In this document: positions 13,051 to 25,566 of the stretch, in pieces
Numbering within the stretch: the stretch's first letter is position 1
Layout of the letters: each line of letters begins with the position of its first letter
Origin: Octopus sinensis
Taxonomy: Eukaryota
Assembly: GCF_006345805.1 (NCBI RefSeq)
Contig: NC_043004.1
Location: 38,316,001 to 38,380,000, forward strand
Length of the DNA: 64,000 nucleotides
Reading direction: 5' to 3'
The notes under the pieces: generated by a model
What the model was told of the DNA's origin: nothing
Database searches by the model: none
What the model saw: the letters and a program-made list of their open reading frames with translations, nothing else
Translations under genes and position numbers: made by a program

Positions 13051-13979
13051 TATTATTATTATTATTATTTATGGTTTCTTTTCATTATAACTTTATTTCA
13101 GCTGCCTTAGTACCGGGCATCCTCCGAAGGCCAAGAGTAGCAAGGGCACTTTTGTTTTGCTATGTATGCTAAAATTATCACCACATTTATTCCATTTTAG
13201 ATGGAGTGTGCTTTCCGTAGTATATGGGCTGTACCCATCAGGGAGATTGAAGTTACCAGGGAGTTGCTTAATATGCTTGTATTGGGAAGTTCCAAACGAT
13301 AGTGACGCCCTCGCCATTTACTACATCCTCTGGATGGTGCCTATACCACTTATCATGGAATTTAATTTTGTAGTATTTGCAAGCATTCCAGTGGATGTAC
13401 TGCCCTAATCTATCATGTCTTATGAGGTACTCCCTTTCAGCGAGGACTGGGCAGCCCGAAACAACATGATCAATTGTCTCGGTGAATTTTCCGCAAATTC
13501 TGCATAAGGGGTCAGATCCATTTTTAAGGACGTTTGCATGGTAGTTTCTGGTAGGTAAGCTCTGATCTTGCGCTGCAGTAACAAAACCTCCTGTTTACCC
13601 TTTCTCACCTGTCCCTTGTAGCCAGTGATGTGTTAGGATCTGGCTTGGACAGGCGGTTAGGGTATTCTCCATGCAGGAATTTGCCTTTCCAGTTGTCTTC
13701 GATATTATTCATGTAAGCCTTCTTTGCGTTTTGTTTGATGTTCTTTGCATCAGTGATGGGTTTGTCACTAATTGGATCTCATTGGTCTTTCTAAATATTA
13801 ATTTCTAAATCAGGTCTGTCAGTATTTAGGTGTCTTTGGTCATTCTTATTGTTAACTTGTAGGTCAAGAGACTTTTTAAATTTCTTACTAAGCTTCATGA
13901 CTGAAGCTTGCTTGGAATCTTCATGCATCAGGGCAGTTCGCAAGAGCACATCACTTGTTGTATTAAGGTACGTTTCAAG
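12762..13979 (-). mobile_element. R4/Dong-clade LINE 3' fragment, internally deleted, with duplicated 3' end
   Basis: The minus strand translates as CRICGKFTETIDHVVSGCPVLAEREYLIRHDRLGQYIHWNACKYY..KWYRHHP..VWNFP and then jumps to SLMGTAHILRK. The last ~230 bp is present twice (12762-12990 and 13068-13295), each copy ending in (AAT)n. Confidence 0.8.
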
Positions 13980-14323
13980 GTATAGATGCATCCATGGATC
14001 ATTGTTCTGCCAATGTAGCTTTCAACAGATTGGAACATATATGTTGTGGTTCATCAAACCTCACTAGAATATCAATATATGACGTTTACTGCGGGGCAGC
14101 TAGAATGAATATAATCAAGGATCTTTGCTGCGATTGTGTTGTAAAAGCAATTTCTGATACTTTTCCAACAGGATCTAATCTCATACCAGGCAGGTATGCT
14201 TGCTGTGGGAGTACAATTTTCGACACGCGTGCTCGAACCTGTTTCAACAAACAAATATATTCACCACTGAATGTTGTGCCATGGTGGCCGATGTATCATC
14301 ATCATCACCACCATCCTCACTGA
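13980..14323 (+). pseudogene. Galaxin-like exon 2, 5'-truncated copy A
   Basis: The open frame reads GIDASMDHCSANVAFNRLEHICCG...CC...[22 protein letters not shown]...VVPWWPMYHHHHHHPH*. It is collinear with 29199-29553, and the 3' UTR and AATAAA signals (14343, 14366) are also homologous. Its 5' end abuts the Dong fragment. Confidence 0.8.
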
Positions 14324-14506
14324 TTGGTAACTGATATGAAAAAATAAAGTTTTGAAGCATGTAAGAATAAACCGTTTGTCCTGTTTGTATGTATGTATGT
14401 ATAGAAGACGTATTCAAACATTTCTCTCTTTCTTTGCTTTGTCAGTCAGTTTCTCCCCCCCTCTTTCCACTTCTCTCACTATCTCTCTCCATATATATGT
14501 ACATAC

Positions 14507-14603
<97 letters not shown>

Positions 14604-14646
14604 CGTGTGTGTGTGTGTGTGTGTATGAATGTATGTATGTATATAC

Positions 14647-14679
<33 letters not shown>

Positions 14680-14789
14680 CGTATATATATATATATTGTT
14701 ATGATTGTTTTTACGTTATTTTGTATTTTTATCCGTGCTATCTTTATTGTTTTTACGTATTGTTGAATTTTTTTTTTTTTTTTCGAGTA

Positions 14790-14985
14790 ACATCGTCCGT
14801 TTTTCCGTCACCGTGTTGTATACTTTCGAGGTTTTCTTCCAAGGAATCTAATGCGATTGGCTTAGATTTCCCTTGGCGGGCTGCCCAGATTGGAGCAATC
14901 TCAAGATTAATCAGCCGAAATTGCGAAGATGATCTGGTTCTTGACTGATGACTGAGAGCTTCGAAAGTTCCGTCTGTGTGTTTTT
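14790..14985 (+). repeat. Interspersed repeat, probably a Penelope pseudo-LTR derivative
   Basis: Homologous to the reverse complement of 23470-23690 (ttcttccaa.gaatcta...agattaa..agccgaa...gactga.ga). It ends in a degenerate CTGA.GA...GAA motif. Confidence 0.5.
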
Positions 14986-15044
14986 TTGCCGTCTTCAAAA
15001 TGTTTCACGTTCTTGTCCCAGTTTGTGTTTTTTTAACGTTTACC

Positions 15045-15125
<81 letters not shown>

Positions 15126-15479
15126 GTATATATGTATATATACATACATATAAATATACAGTAACGGATGAGATCCAGATTCTCGGTATAGAGAACGCTT
15201 GGTAGCCTCAAATGACTTGAAATTAGACTCCGAGTTCTTTACGCGGGACCAATTCTGCAAGGTAAAGAGTGTGTGTACGTGTGTGTGAGCGTGCGCGCGC
15301 GTGTGTGTTTGTGTGTGCACTTGTAAACAGAAAGAAGGCAAAGACTGAAGATTTTGAGATGACGATTATTTAAGTATAAATATATAGATATTTATATATT
15401 AATTGATCAAACATAAACACAATACAAACGACAGAGAAAATTAAAGGGGATGAAGAAAGGTGTTATAAGTTCAACAGCA

Positions 15480-18459
15480 GTAGTAGTTTATTTGATGAGA
15501 AACATATGGATGATCTAAAAGAAGACAATAAAACTAATGGTGACATGGCAGAAGAAGAAAATGCAATCTACGACAGAATAATGGCAAGACTACAGGAGAA
15601 AGATAGCGACATTATTTGCAACCTTAAAAAGTTGATCGACGGAAATTAAACCAAGAAAGGAAAAATGTCAATGAAATTCTGAAATACATCAGAACAAACA
15701 ACATCACAGAAACAAATAATTTGATCAAAGCAGCAAGGATTGTTATAGCAGAAAACGTGGGTGTTGATGTCAAGAAAAAGAAACATAATGGGAGTGACAT
15801 GGTGGAAAAGAAGAATCCAGGCAGGGTTAGACAATCTCTCGAATGAAATCTGTGTTAGACCGAAAAGAGAAAGGTGAGCTTAAAAGCGAGTAAAAATACA
15901 GGGCGAAAGTAGTAGTGGAGGAACTGAAACAGCGCCTCATTACAAAGAAAGCAAAGCTGGTAAGATACGACCAAAGAATGAAAGGTTACCACCAGAATAG
16001 GTTATTCAGAGTAGATCGAAAGATATTCTATAAAGAAATGAATGGAGAGTGTACAGATGAAAAGTTGATACCAGATAACATTGAAAGTCAAAGGTTTCGG
16101 AGTGACATCTGGAGCAAAGATAAGGAGCACAAGAAGGATGCTAAATGGTTGCAAGAAATGGAACAAACAGTAGCCAGTCCAAAACAGGCAAAACTAGTAA
16201 TTTCAGTAAGGAAAGTGAAGGAAATCAGAAAAAAATGGGCAAATGGAAGGCCCAGGGACCAGATGGAGTTCAAGGCTACTGGATCAATAGATTTGGTGAA
16301 TGCCATGCACGAATAGCTGCACAACTCAAAACTCTGTTAAATGCCGACCAAGTAACACCAGAGTGGTTGACATTGGGTAGGAAAGTGCTGTGCCTGAAAA
16401 ACATCGAAAAAGGCAATACAGTAGACAATTACAGGCCGATATCCTGTTTGACAGTTATGTGGAAGTTATTGACTGGAATAGTCGCAGAGTCAATGTACGA
16501 ACACCTGTAAAAAAAACTGGAATCCTGCCACATGAGCGGAAGATTTGCAAGCGTAAGTTCAGAGGTACCAAGGATCAACTCCTGATTGACAAAACTGTAC
16601 TTAGAGACTGCAAGAGGAGGAAAAGTAAATTAGCCATGTCATGGATCGACTATCGTAAGGCGTACAATATGATCCCACATTCTTGGATTATGGAGTGTAT
16701 GGACCTATTTGGTAGTGCATCAAATGTTGAGCGCTTGCTTGGAAAAAGTATAGCGAATTGGAGGATGGACCTGACAGCATACGGATGAAGTTAAGGCACA
16801 GTAGAAATTAGGAGGGGCATCTTCCAGAGGGACTGCTTGTACTCACTGATCTTTGTATTGTGCTTGATACCACTAACACTGATTTTGAGGAAAGCAAAAG
16901 CTAGTTATGTATTCAAAAACCGCCAACTACAAATCAACCATTTGTTATTCATGGATTACCTCAAACTTTATGATAGAGATGAAACCCAAGTCAGCTCCCT
17001 CGTTGATACGGTGTATACCTTCAGTGCTGATATCAGAATGGAGTTCGGACTGAGAAAGTGTGGTGTGTTGAAGAGACGCAAAATCAAATGTATGGACAGG
17101 CTAACGATACCGTCGGGGAGGTTATGAAGCAGATCGAAGAGACGGGCAATAAGTACTTTGGGATTTTAGAAATGGATAAATTAATGGAGAAAGAAATGAC
17201 AGAGAAAAATGGAGTACTTGCGCAGACTGAGTCGAAATTAAACGGAGGGAATAAGATCGAAGCTATCAACACCTGGGCGGTTTCACTCTTTAGATATGAA
17301 GCATGGGTAATCGCATGGACACTATACGAACTAAACAGCTTAGACAGAAAGACAAGGAAGTTGCTGACTAGGTATGGGTCACTCCACCCCAAAAGTGACA
17401 CAAACAGACTGTATGTACCAAGAAAAAGAAGAGGAAGAGGACTTGTTGGATGCGAACACAGCATTAGAGCAGAAGAAAACAACATAACATAATATGTAAA
17501 AAATATGCCACAGAACCACTATTATTAGAAGTAGGAAGGTCAAGCTTTTGTAGGATGAAAGATTGCAAAGAGAAAGCACTATACAAGAAACTGAAAACGA
17601 ATGAAACTGAAAATAGGTGGGCAAAGAAAAGAGTGCATAGACAACTTCATAGGGATGGTGAAGATAAGACAGACAGAGAAAAGAGATGGCTGTGGATGAC
17701 TAAAAGTGATTTAAAACCGGAAACAGAGGCTCTAATCTGTGCTGCCCAAAAGCAAGCACTAAGAACAAACTACATAAAATACAGAATAGATAACATAGCC
17801 GAAAGTAATAAGTGCAGAATCTGTGGACAAAACTATGAAACCGTATGGCATAATACCAGCCAATATACGCCACTAGCCCAGAAGGAATATAAGAGACGCC
17901 ACGACAATATAGCCAGGCTTGTCCATTGGACACTTTCCAACAAGTATGGACTTGACAGAGCAAAAAATTGGTACGACCACAAACCTGAAGGCATCTTCGA
18001 AAGTAGAAAGGCAAAAATACAAAGGGATTTTATGATTCAGTGCAACCATGAGGCAGAGAATAGGAAGCTGGATATAGTCTTAATTAAGAAAGAAAACAAA
18101 CTATGCTGGATCATAGATATAGCATGCCCAGCTGACAACAAGGTATGCGATAAGGAAGAAAGAAAAGCCGAGAGACATGACAGGTTAGCTTGGGAGGTAA
18201 AGCAGTTGTGGCCGATGAAAAAGGTAGCAGTAGTATGAATAATTGTCGGAGCCCTGGGAACTGTGAGCAAAAATCTCGAGACGTACCTGGAACAAATAGT
18301 GGCTGCAATAAGGGTGAAGCACTTGCAAAAAACAGCACTGCTTGGAACCGCTCGAATACTCTGGAAGGTGCTCGAAAAATAAGAGGAGCTACCTTAGTTC
18401 ACTGGTAGTGAACAGCTGATACTGTAGTACATCTTCAGCGTTAGAAGCTGTGGAAAGGC

Positions 18460-18460
<1 letters not shown>
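15480..18460 (+). mobile_element. R4/Dong-clade non-LTR retrotransposon (RT, CCHC knuckle, restriction-like endonuclease), decayed
   Basis: ORF pieces include [77 protein letters not shown] and KLDIVLI, with many stops and frameshifts. The element ends directly in (TAA)n at 18460. Confidence 0.9.
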
Positions 18461-18507
<47 letters not shown>

Positions 18508-18544
18508 CATGATAATCCTTACTAATATAGGCACTAGTCAATTT

Positions 18545-18880
18545 CATCAACCCCAGTGTTTTATTGGTACTTGATTTTATCGACCACGAAAGGATGAAAG
18601 ACAAAGTCGACTTCGGCGGAATTTAAATTTAGTACCTAGCAACAGACGAATTACCTATTTCTTTACAAAGGACTAAACACAGAGAGGACAAACAAGGACA
18701 GACAAACGGATTAAGTCGATTATATCAACCCCTGTGCGTAACTGGCACTTATTTAATCGACCCCGAAAGGATGAAAGGCAAAGTTGACCACGGCGCAATT
18801 TGAACTCTCAACATAACGGCAGACGAATTAGCGCTAAGCATTTCACCCGGCGTGCTAAAGATTCTGCAAGCGCACCTTAT
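18545..18880 (-). mobile_element. SINE family 1 dimer
   Basis: Two gaaaggatgaaag.caaagt.gac units followed by the head region gcatttcacccggcgtgctaa. Confidence 0.75.
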
Positions 18881-18889
18881 TATTTAATA

Positions 18890-18911
18890 AAAATCATTAT
18901 CATCATCATAT

Positions 18912-18960
<49 letters not shown>

Positions 18961-18970
18961 CACATCATCA

Positions 18971-19009
<39 letters not shown>

Positions 19010-19034
19010 TATTAACAACAGAATAATAATCATG

Positions 19035-19079
<45 letters not shown>

Positions 19080-19203
19080 TATAATGATGATAAAAATAAT
19101 GATAATAATAATAATAATAATAGTATGAATAATAGTAATAAAATAATAATATAATAATAATAATATAATAATAATAGGATGAATAAAAAAAATATAGTTA
19201 TAC

Positions 19204-19239
<36 letters not shown>

Positions 19240-19310
19240 TAAAAATAATAATAATAATAATAATAATAATAATCATAATAATAATAATAATATGATATAA
19301 TAATGATAAA

Positions 19311-19347
<37 letters not shown>

Positions 19348-19464
19348 TAATAGATGAATAATAATAATAATAATATTAATAATAATAATAATAATAATAA
19401 TAGATAATGATAATAATAATGATAAAAATAATAATTAATAATAATAATAATAATAGTATGAATA

Positions 19465-19501
<37 letters not shown>

Positions 19502-19554
19502 TAATAAAATGATAAAATATAATAATAATAATAATAATAATAATAGTATGAATA

Positions 19555-19594
<40 letters not shown>

Positions 19595-19612
19595 TACTAA
19601 TAATGATAAAAA

Positions 19613-19679
<67 letters not shown>

Positions 19680-19694
19680 TTAATAATATAATAC

Positions 19695-19741
<47 letters not shown>

Positions 19742-19790
19742 CAGCAAAAACAATAACAACAACAACAACAACAACAGCAAAAGCGGTACT
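18890..19790. repeat. Compound microsatellite (ATT)n-(CAT)n-(AAT)n-(AAC)n
   Basis: Read directly from the sequence. Confidence 0.95.
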
Positions 19791-19860
19791 AAGTACAATG
19801 ACATCAAACGCGCTTGCAACTTAATTATACTTCACAGCTTGCAGGGAGTATTTTTACTTC

Positions 19861-20092
19861 TAAATTATTCTTATCTATCTTGGATGTTATTATTTAATGA
19901 ATGCATTCTTTGTTTTTTCTACAGCATTCCGTGAAATATTCTCATGCACTAAAGTAATGAACAAGATATGCAAGTAAAAATCTGGGAACTTTAGGTTACC
20001 TAGTACTACGTTTTAATTTTTAGGAAGATATATAAAGATTTTTCGCTGCATATCAAAGTGAATCTGGAATCGAGAACAGAATAGGGAACATC
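19861..20092 (+). promoter_or_regulatory. Promoter and 5' UTR of galaxin-like gene B, TATA box at 20029-20036
   Basis: TATATAAA lies about 60 nt upstream of the ATG. The whole block is collinear with 60845-61076 upstream of the paralogous exon 1 (shared gaaatattctca, gaacaagatatg, tttaggtt, gttttaatttt, tatcaaagtgaatctggaat, gggaacatcATG). Confidence 0.7.
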
Positions 20093-20186
20093 ATGTCCAA
20101 CATTGTAATCATCATTGCAGCTGCTCTGCTTGCAGTCTTTGGATCAACAACTGCCTTTCATTGGACATATAATGCTCCTCCACCTA
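20093..20186 (+). CDS. Galaxin-like gene B, exon 1 (signal peptide)
   Basis: MSNIVIIIAAALLAVFGSTTA/FHWTYNAPPP has a hydrophobic core and a T-x-A cleavage site, with ATG context aacatcATG. The donor GTAAGA at 20187 follows 94 nt (phase 1). The paralog at 61077 has the same layout and phase. Confidence 0.8.
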
Positions 20187-20948
20187 GTAAGAAGTTTTCA
20201 CAATTCTATATATTACTTTGTTCCTTTTTTTTAGTGTATATAACAAAAGAAAAGGAAAAAGAAAGTTAGTTTGTAGTTCTTATACATATTCAAAGTTACT
20301 AATATATCGAGATTCAACATCGATATGCTTCTATCGAGATTAAAGTGGTATTGCACTTAGATGCATGGTTTTATATAGCATAACATTAAGTAAAATTCAA
20401 ATCATAGAAATCGTTATTTCACTTTGAATATCACATAAGTATCATTTAGAATGTAAGGTAAGATGAATACACTTTTTGCACCTTAAAGTCGCTGGCGTTT
20501 TATGGCGAGAAAAACAAAAGGTAAAATAAGCAACTGAATTTATTTCTGCCCTGTGAGGTAGATATCATGTGAGTACATGTTTATAAAAATACACCTTTCG
20601 GGTATAAAGAATATTGGAAATAGGTTCATATTTTGTCAAATCCCATATAGAAAATTGCTGATCAGAACTAGGATCAAATATGGTTGTAAGCCTAATTGAA
20701 GTGGGTTAAAGATTGAAACCGAATGTTAGACGACAGTTTTCATTGCTGAAGAAATAAAAATGCGCATACTGGTGCTATAGTTATTACAAAAGTTATGAGA
20801 AAGCAGAAGAAAAAAAAAAACAAGAAATTGCATTTCGGTATTTTGTTACGTCCATTGACGTTCTAAGTTTCTAACCTATACAGGGTGTGTGTTGTTATCA
20901 TATTTACATTTGCTAATAAGAATATGAATCAACTATATATATATATAT

Positions 20949-20980
<32 letters not shown>

Positions 20981-20989
20981 TATATATAT

Positions 20990-21030
<41 letters not shown>

Positions 21031-21186
21031 CAACAATTGAGGGTAAAATTAATTAATTAATTAATCAATTTCACCAGTATTCAGTATGCAAAGGGACCAT
21101 TTAAGGCGAATTCAAATTATTACATTATATAAAAGGGCTTAGTAAAATAATTACGCGGCAAAGTAATTTATTTTACTAAGCCCTTT

Positions 21187-21218
<32 letters not shown>

Positions 21219-21234
21219 CTATATATATATATAT

Positions 21235-21278
<44 letters not shown>

Positions 21279-21297
21279 GTATGTATATATATTTGCG

Positions 21298-21512
21298 CGA
21301 GCTGGCAGAAACGTTAGCACGCTGGGCGAAATGCGTAGCTGTATTTCGTCTGCAGTTACGTTCTGAGTTCAAATTCCGCCGAAGTCGACTTTGCCTTTCA
21401 TCCTTTCGGGGTCGATAAATTAAGTACCAGTTACGCACTGGGGTCGACGTAATCCGTTTGTCTGTCCTAATTTGTCCCCTCTGTGTGTAGCCCCTTGTGG
21501 GTAGTAAAGAAA
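21298..21512 (+). mobile_element. SINE family 1
   Basis: gcgagctggcagaaacgttagcacg...gagttcaaattccgccgaagtcgactttgcctttcatcc...gccccttgtgggtagtaaagaaa. Confidence 0.85.
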
Positions 21513-21923
21513 TATATATATTTGCGCACGTACACGCGCGTGCGTGTATACTTAGATACACACGAGAAGAAATCGCGCTACAAGAAACAAACAGCAACGC
21601 ATAATCTTTGCAACTGGCACATGCTTTTAACTTTTAATTACCATTTACCGTTCTCTTTTTCCTAATCCTGACTATCTGAATTTATATTTGTATGTTCATG
21701 TTAAATTCTATTGATGTTTTGTCGATACATTGATGCATTTGAACGATTGGAAATATGCAGTTATAATATTATTGGAGACTTTTTCGTTTTTTATTGTTTT
21801 CTGTTTTCTGTTTAAATATGGATAAACACTCAGTCTTCTCGTGTTTGCATCTTATGAGTACGATAAATTTATAGCTACAGTTGTTTATGTTGAGAATGTA
21901 GAGTACTGTGAAAGTCTCATTTG

Positions 21924-21984
<61 letters not shown>

Positions 21985-23348
21985 TATATAAGTAAAACTC
22001 AAAGTTTGTTTTCCTGCCCTTTGATTAAGATGATAAAGAATACAAATAAAATAGTCATTTCCTCCCTTTAAGTAAAAAGAATCAAGTTGAAAATATTTAT
22101 TTGCGGAGGTATACATGAAAGAGTCGTCACAGCTACCGCCGTCCGTCCATTTTTCTTTGTTTTTTTTCGTTAATAATATATACAACTTTTGGAATGCCGT
22201 GGACTGCAAGATAGAAATTTGCCCTATATTTTATGAGATATATCTTGGATCCGGGGTACTTGATTTGTTTTCTTAAAGGGTTGTATGTTATAATGAAACT
22301 CTTTAAAGAGCATTCAAATGCCACTGCAGCGTTGAAATCGTTGCCCCAGTGAGGTCAATTAAGCACGTCATCAAGTACACGTTGGGTATGCTGAAGTACC
22401 CGTGTATGTCACTTGGAACAGCAGTAACAAAGAATGGCAGAGAAGAAAGCGAGGAAAAATACTGAAGCCATTTGAACGTTTTCAAAGAGGAAACACTTGG
22501 TTGTGTTTATATCGACACACAAAAGGCAGGGGAACTGTATTATTTAAGAATTTTATTGCATGAAGTTCGAAATTGACTCGAAACGCCAAAAACATTTCCA
22601 TTCGTCTGAAGCATCAAACTAATACACTTGCTTCTTCCCTCACCTGTCTTTGTCTTTTGTTATTTTTAAATTTTGGCTTTAGCAATATTCGAAGCCGTGA
22701 GAAAGTCATTCACTGAATTTTGTCATGGAGAAAATTTGTCACTATAGACAGATTGGTGTAAACACACCAATTCAGTTAGCAGTGATTCTTAACCAAACAG
22801 GCCTTTTTATGGGTTCGAATATGCGTCAAGCATATTGAACTGATAAAAAGTTTGTATTCATAAAGATCACTGCCCAGCGCTTTTATATCATCGAGCAAAT
22901 GTGGGCGGAACTCTTGAAGAGTTGTGGGAGCTCAACCACAGAGAATCGCGTCTCATACCTGTGAATGTGATGACTAATTAGTACGCATCTCTCCCCAGGC
23001 ACATTGAAACGATTATGAGAAACCACCCGAAATATTAACAATGTACAGTAACTTCTTGAAATGAACATTATGTAATAAATTTTCATTATAGACATTTTTA
23101 TTTCAAAACACTTTATCGTTTGGATTATGTGAGTGACCGAACTTTTGCACGGCCATTTTTGGTGGCCGTTTCGTTTATTCTCCTCTCATTCAGAACCCCT
23201 TTTACAAAATGTAATGATTAGGTATGGAAATGACTCCAACAGGACCAATGTTTCATCTGTAAAAAAAATGCAATGCGAGAAATTTAATTATAGGTTGGGA
23301 ATTAGTAGAAATTTACAATAGTTTAAAGTGGCCGATGACTTTTGCTCG

Positions 23349-23400
<52 letters not shown>

Positions 23401-23830
23401 CAAAACAAAAAATGGAACAAGAACGTAACAGGCGACAACAAAACATACGCAGAGTAGGTGATACAATAACGGACAGGAAAAAACAAGGACGGGACATTCG
23501 GAGTTTTCAATCTTCAGTCGAGAAGCAGATCGTCTTTGCAGGTTCGGTCGGTTAATTTTGAGACTGTTCTAATCTGGTCGGCTCCAAGCAAATCTAAGCT
23601 AAGAGCACTAGATTCTTTGGAAGAAAGCAAGAGAATGTATACGAAAACAAGGATGAAAAGCAAAAAACGGAGAAATGGTAAACAAATTCAGACCACAGGA
23701 CATTAACAACAGGTGTCTTTTGACTAAGGACGAATTCATGAATGGTTCATATCATTATTAGTATTCCTTTGTTATTCTTAAATCTAACCAAAATCAATAT
23801 TCTTTTTTGTTATTTTATTTCTGCATTTAG

Positions 23831-24249
23831 ATATTTTTAATCAGGCTTTAAACGCTCTGCTCGCTGTGGAAATGTAGGATTTGGTAGAGAGGCGAAATTT
23901 TGTTGCGCAGGTCCATTACTTCCAAGAACAACCGCAACAAACGGCTGTTGCAGCGCGGAATCGATAGAGACATCAGTTAGCGATTGTTGTAACGGCGCTT
24001 CGATTGCGCGAACGACGCATGTACACTGTGGCACAGCACCAATTCTCAGGGAAACAATATTGGGACGGTCACAATGGATGCACGAAGTTTCTTTGTTGTT
24101 AGGGCACTGTAGCGCATATTCTGGGTAGAAATAATAATATAGCACACATATTTGCTTGCTGTGTATTTTTAATGTTCTGTTACTTTGGGCGCGTGTATCT
24201 ACGACGGAGTTGGGTGCCATGGTGGCAGATGTGGTATCATTTATTTTAA
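23831..24249 (+). pseudogene. Galaxin-like exon 2, diverged intronic copy C (frameshift and stop)
   Basis: The frame from 23841 reads SGFKRSARCGNVGFGREAKFCCAGPLLPRTTATNGCCSAESIETSVSDCCNG...MHEV and aligns residue for residue with [50 protein letters not shown] of exon 2B. After a shift near 24090 it reads CC*GTV...FACCV...SWVPWWQMWYHLF* (TAG at 24100, TAA at 24247). Candidate acceptors are catttag (23830) and ttaatcag (23844). Confidence 0.8.
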
Positions 24250-25566
24250 AACCGGTATCGATTAACAAATTCCATTAGCATGTAAAACATATTTTGTCTG
24301 TTCAATTTTGCTTTGCATAAAATATATACTCTTCTTTTGTATAGTCATTAAACAAGGTTAATATCAGAAAACACTCAAAGACTATATGCCTTGTTGACCC
24401 CGATTTTAGTTTTGGGCATATTTTTCAGAAACTGGATATCATGTATTGTAATCATTCTTTGTAAAAATTGGTTATAGAAATGAACAAAAAGCATTCTGTA
24501 ACTTATTGGTAGATTTGAAAACCAGCGATGGCCTCATTTTTATGTCGTCAATTCAAGCGAAGCATGCTCAGTTCAGCAAATTGTCGAGTAAATACAAATA
24601 TATAGCTATGAACTCTATGGTACATATTCTGAGAGAGATGGTTAGTTAACCTATGGACGAAATCCTTAATTCTCAAACTATGAACCTGTTAGGCAAGTGT
24701 ATAAATGCCTACGAAATATATATTTATTTCATACGATACTTTTCGCGAAAATTTGTAATAGTTTAAAGATTTAATATAAATATACCATAGTTTTGTATGT
24801 ATTTAAAATGAACAGTGACATATAGACTTTATCTCTAATTCAATATTCTGTATGAAAATTCTTCCAATGCCAAGTTACTTTCAGACGAAGATCCGTGTGA
24901 TTAACTTGCTAGAAATAAAGGCTAAATCTTCCCTCAAATTACAGCATACCCTCTTAAAATGAAACATATTAATGTATTCCTAGAAAAGCCTGTTCAGGAA
25001 CATATTATGCTCATGAGCATTGTACTATTTCCAAGACAAGCGATGTCGACTTGATTAGCGTTCGACTCTGACGGTTATGGAAAATAGACGTGTTAATGTG
25101 CAGTTCCAGAGCGTTATAATTGTTGGAGGGAATAATATAGTGTAATGATGGATGATTCATTAACACAATATGGATAAATAGTTGAGAGGATTTTATTGAG
25201 TCTTGACTGCTTGAGTGGAGGTAACCCGAGACCAGTAAACTCCGGGGAGCAAGGACAATAATAGAAGAGGTGGGATAGGGCACAATAAGAGACAGCGACT
25301 CTGTGAATCAGAAGTTATAGTATGCCAAACCCTCTACAAATGACAGCAAATCCGACTTAAATCACAAACTCCTATTTAAATAGAAAACATCGCACATTGT
25401 AATCGAACCAGCAACAGCTTCAACAATTAAACAGCAATGTATTCTACAGGCGAATATTATAGATACACGTATTTTATAGATACATATATTGCCTAGTAGA
25501 GTTATAAAAATTTTGTAGAGTGGAGAGACGCATTAGGTTTTTAAGTTAATCAACTTACATTTAGAT

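Noticed and set aside
14940-14975. Second hammerhead-like motif ctgatgactgagagcttcgaaag
   Set aside because: Stem II and stem III do not form convincingly, and the sister copy at about 23490 has lost the GAAA core.
22870-23150. Possible Tc1/mariner remnant (IEQMWAEL, gaacttttgcacggc)
   Set aside because: The similarity is too short and degenerate, and no paired TIR was found.
23837-24268. 143-aa minus-strand ORF
   Set aside because: It is the antisense shadow of the galaxin-like intronic exon, whose + strand frame has the homology.
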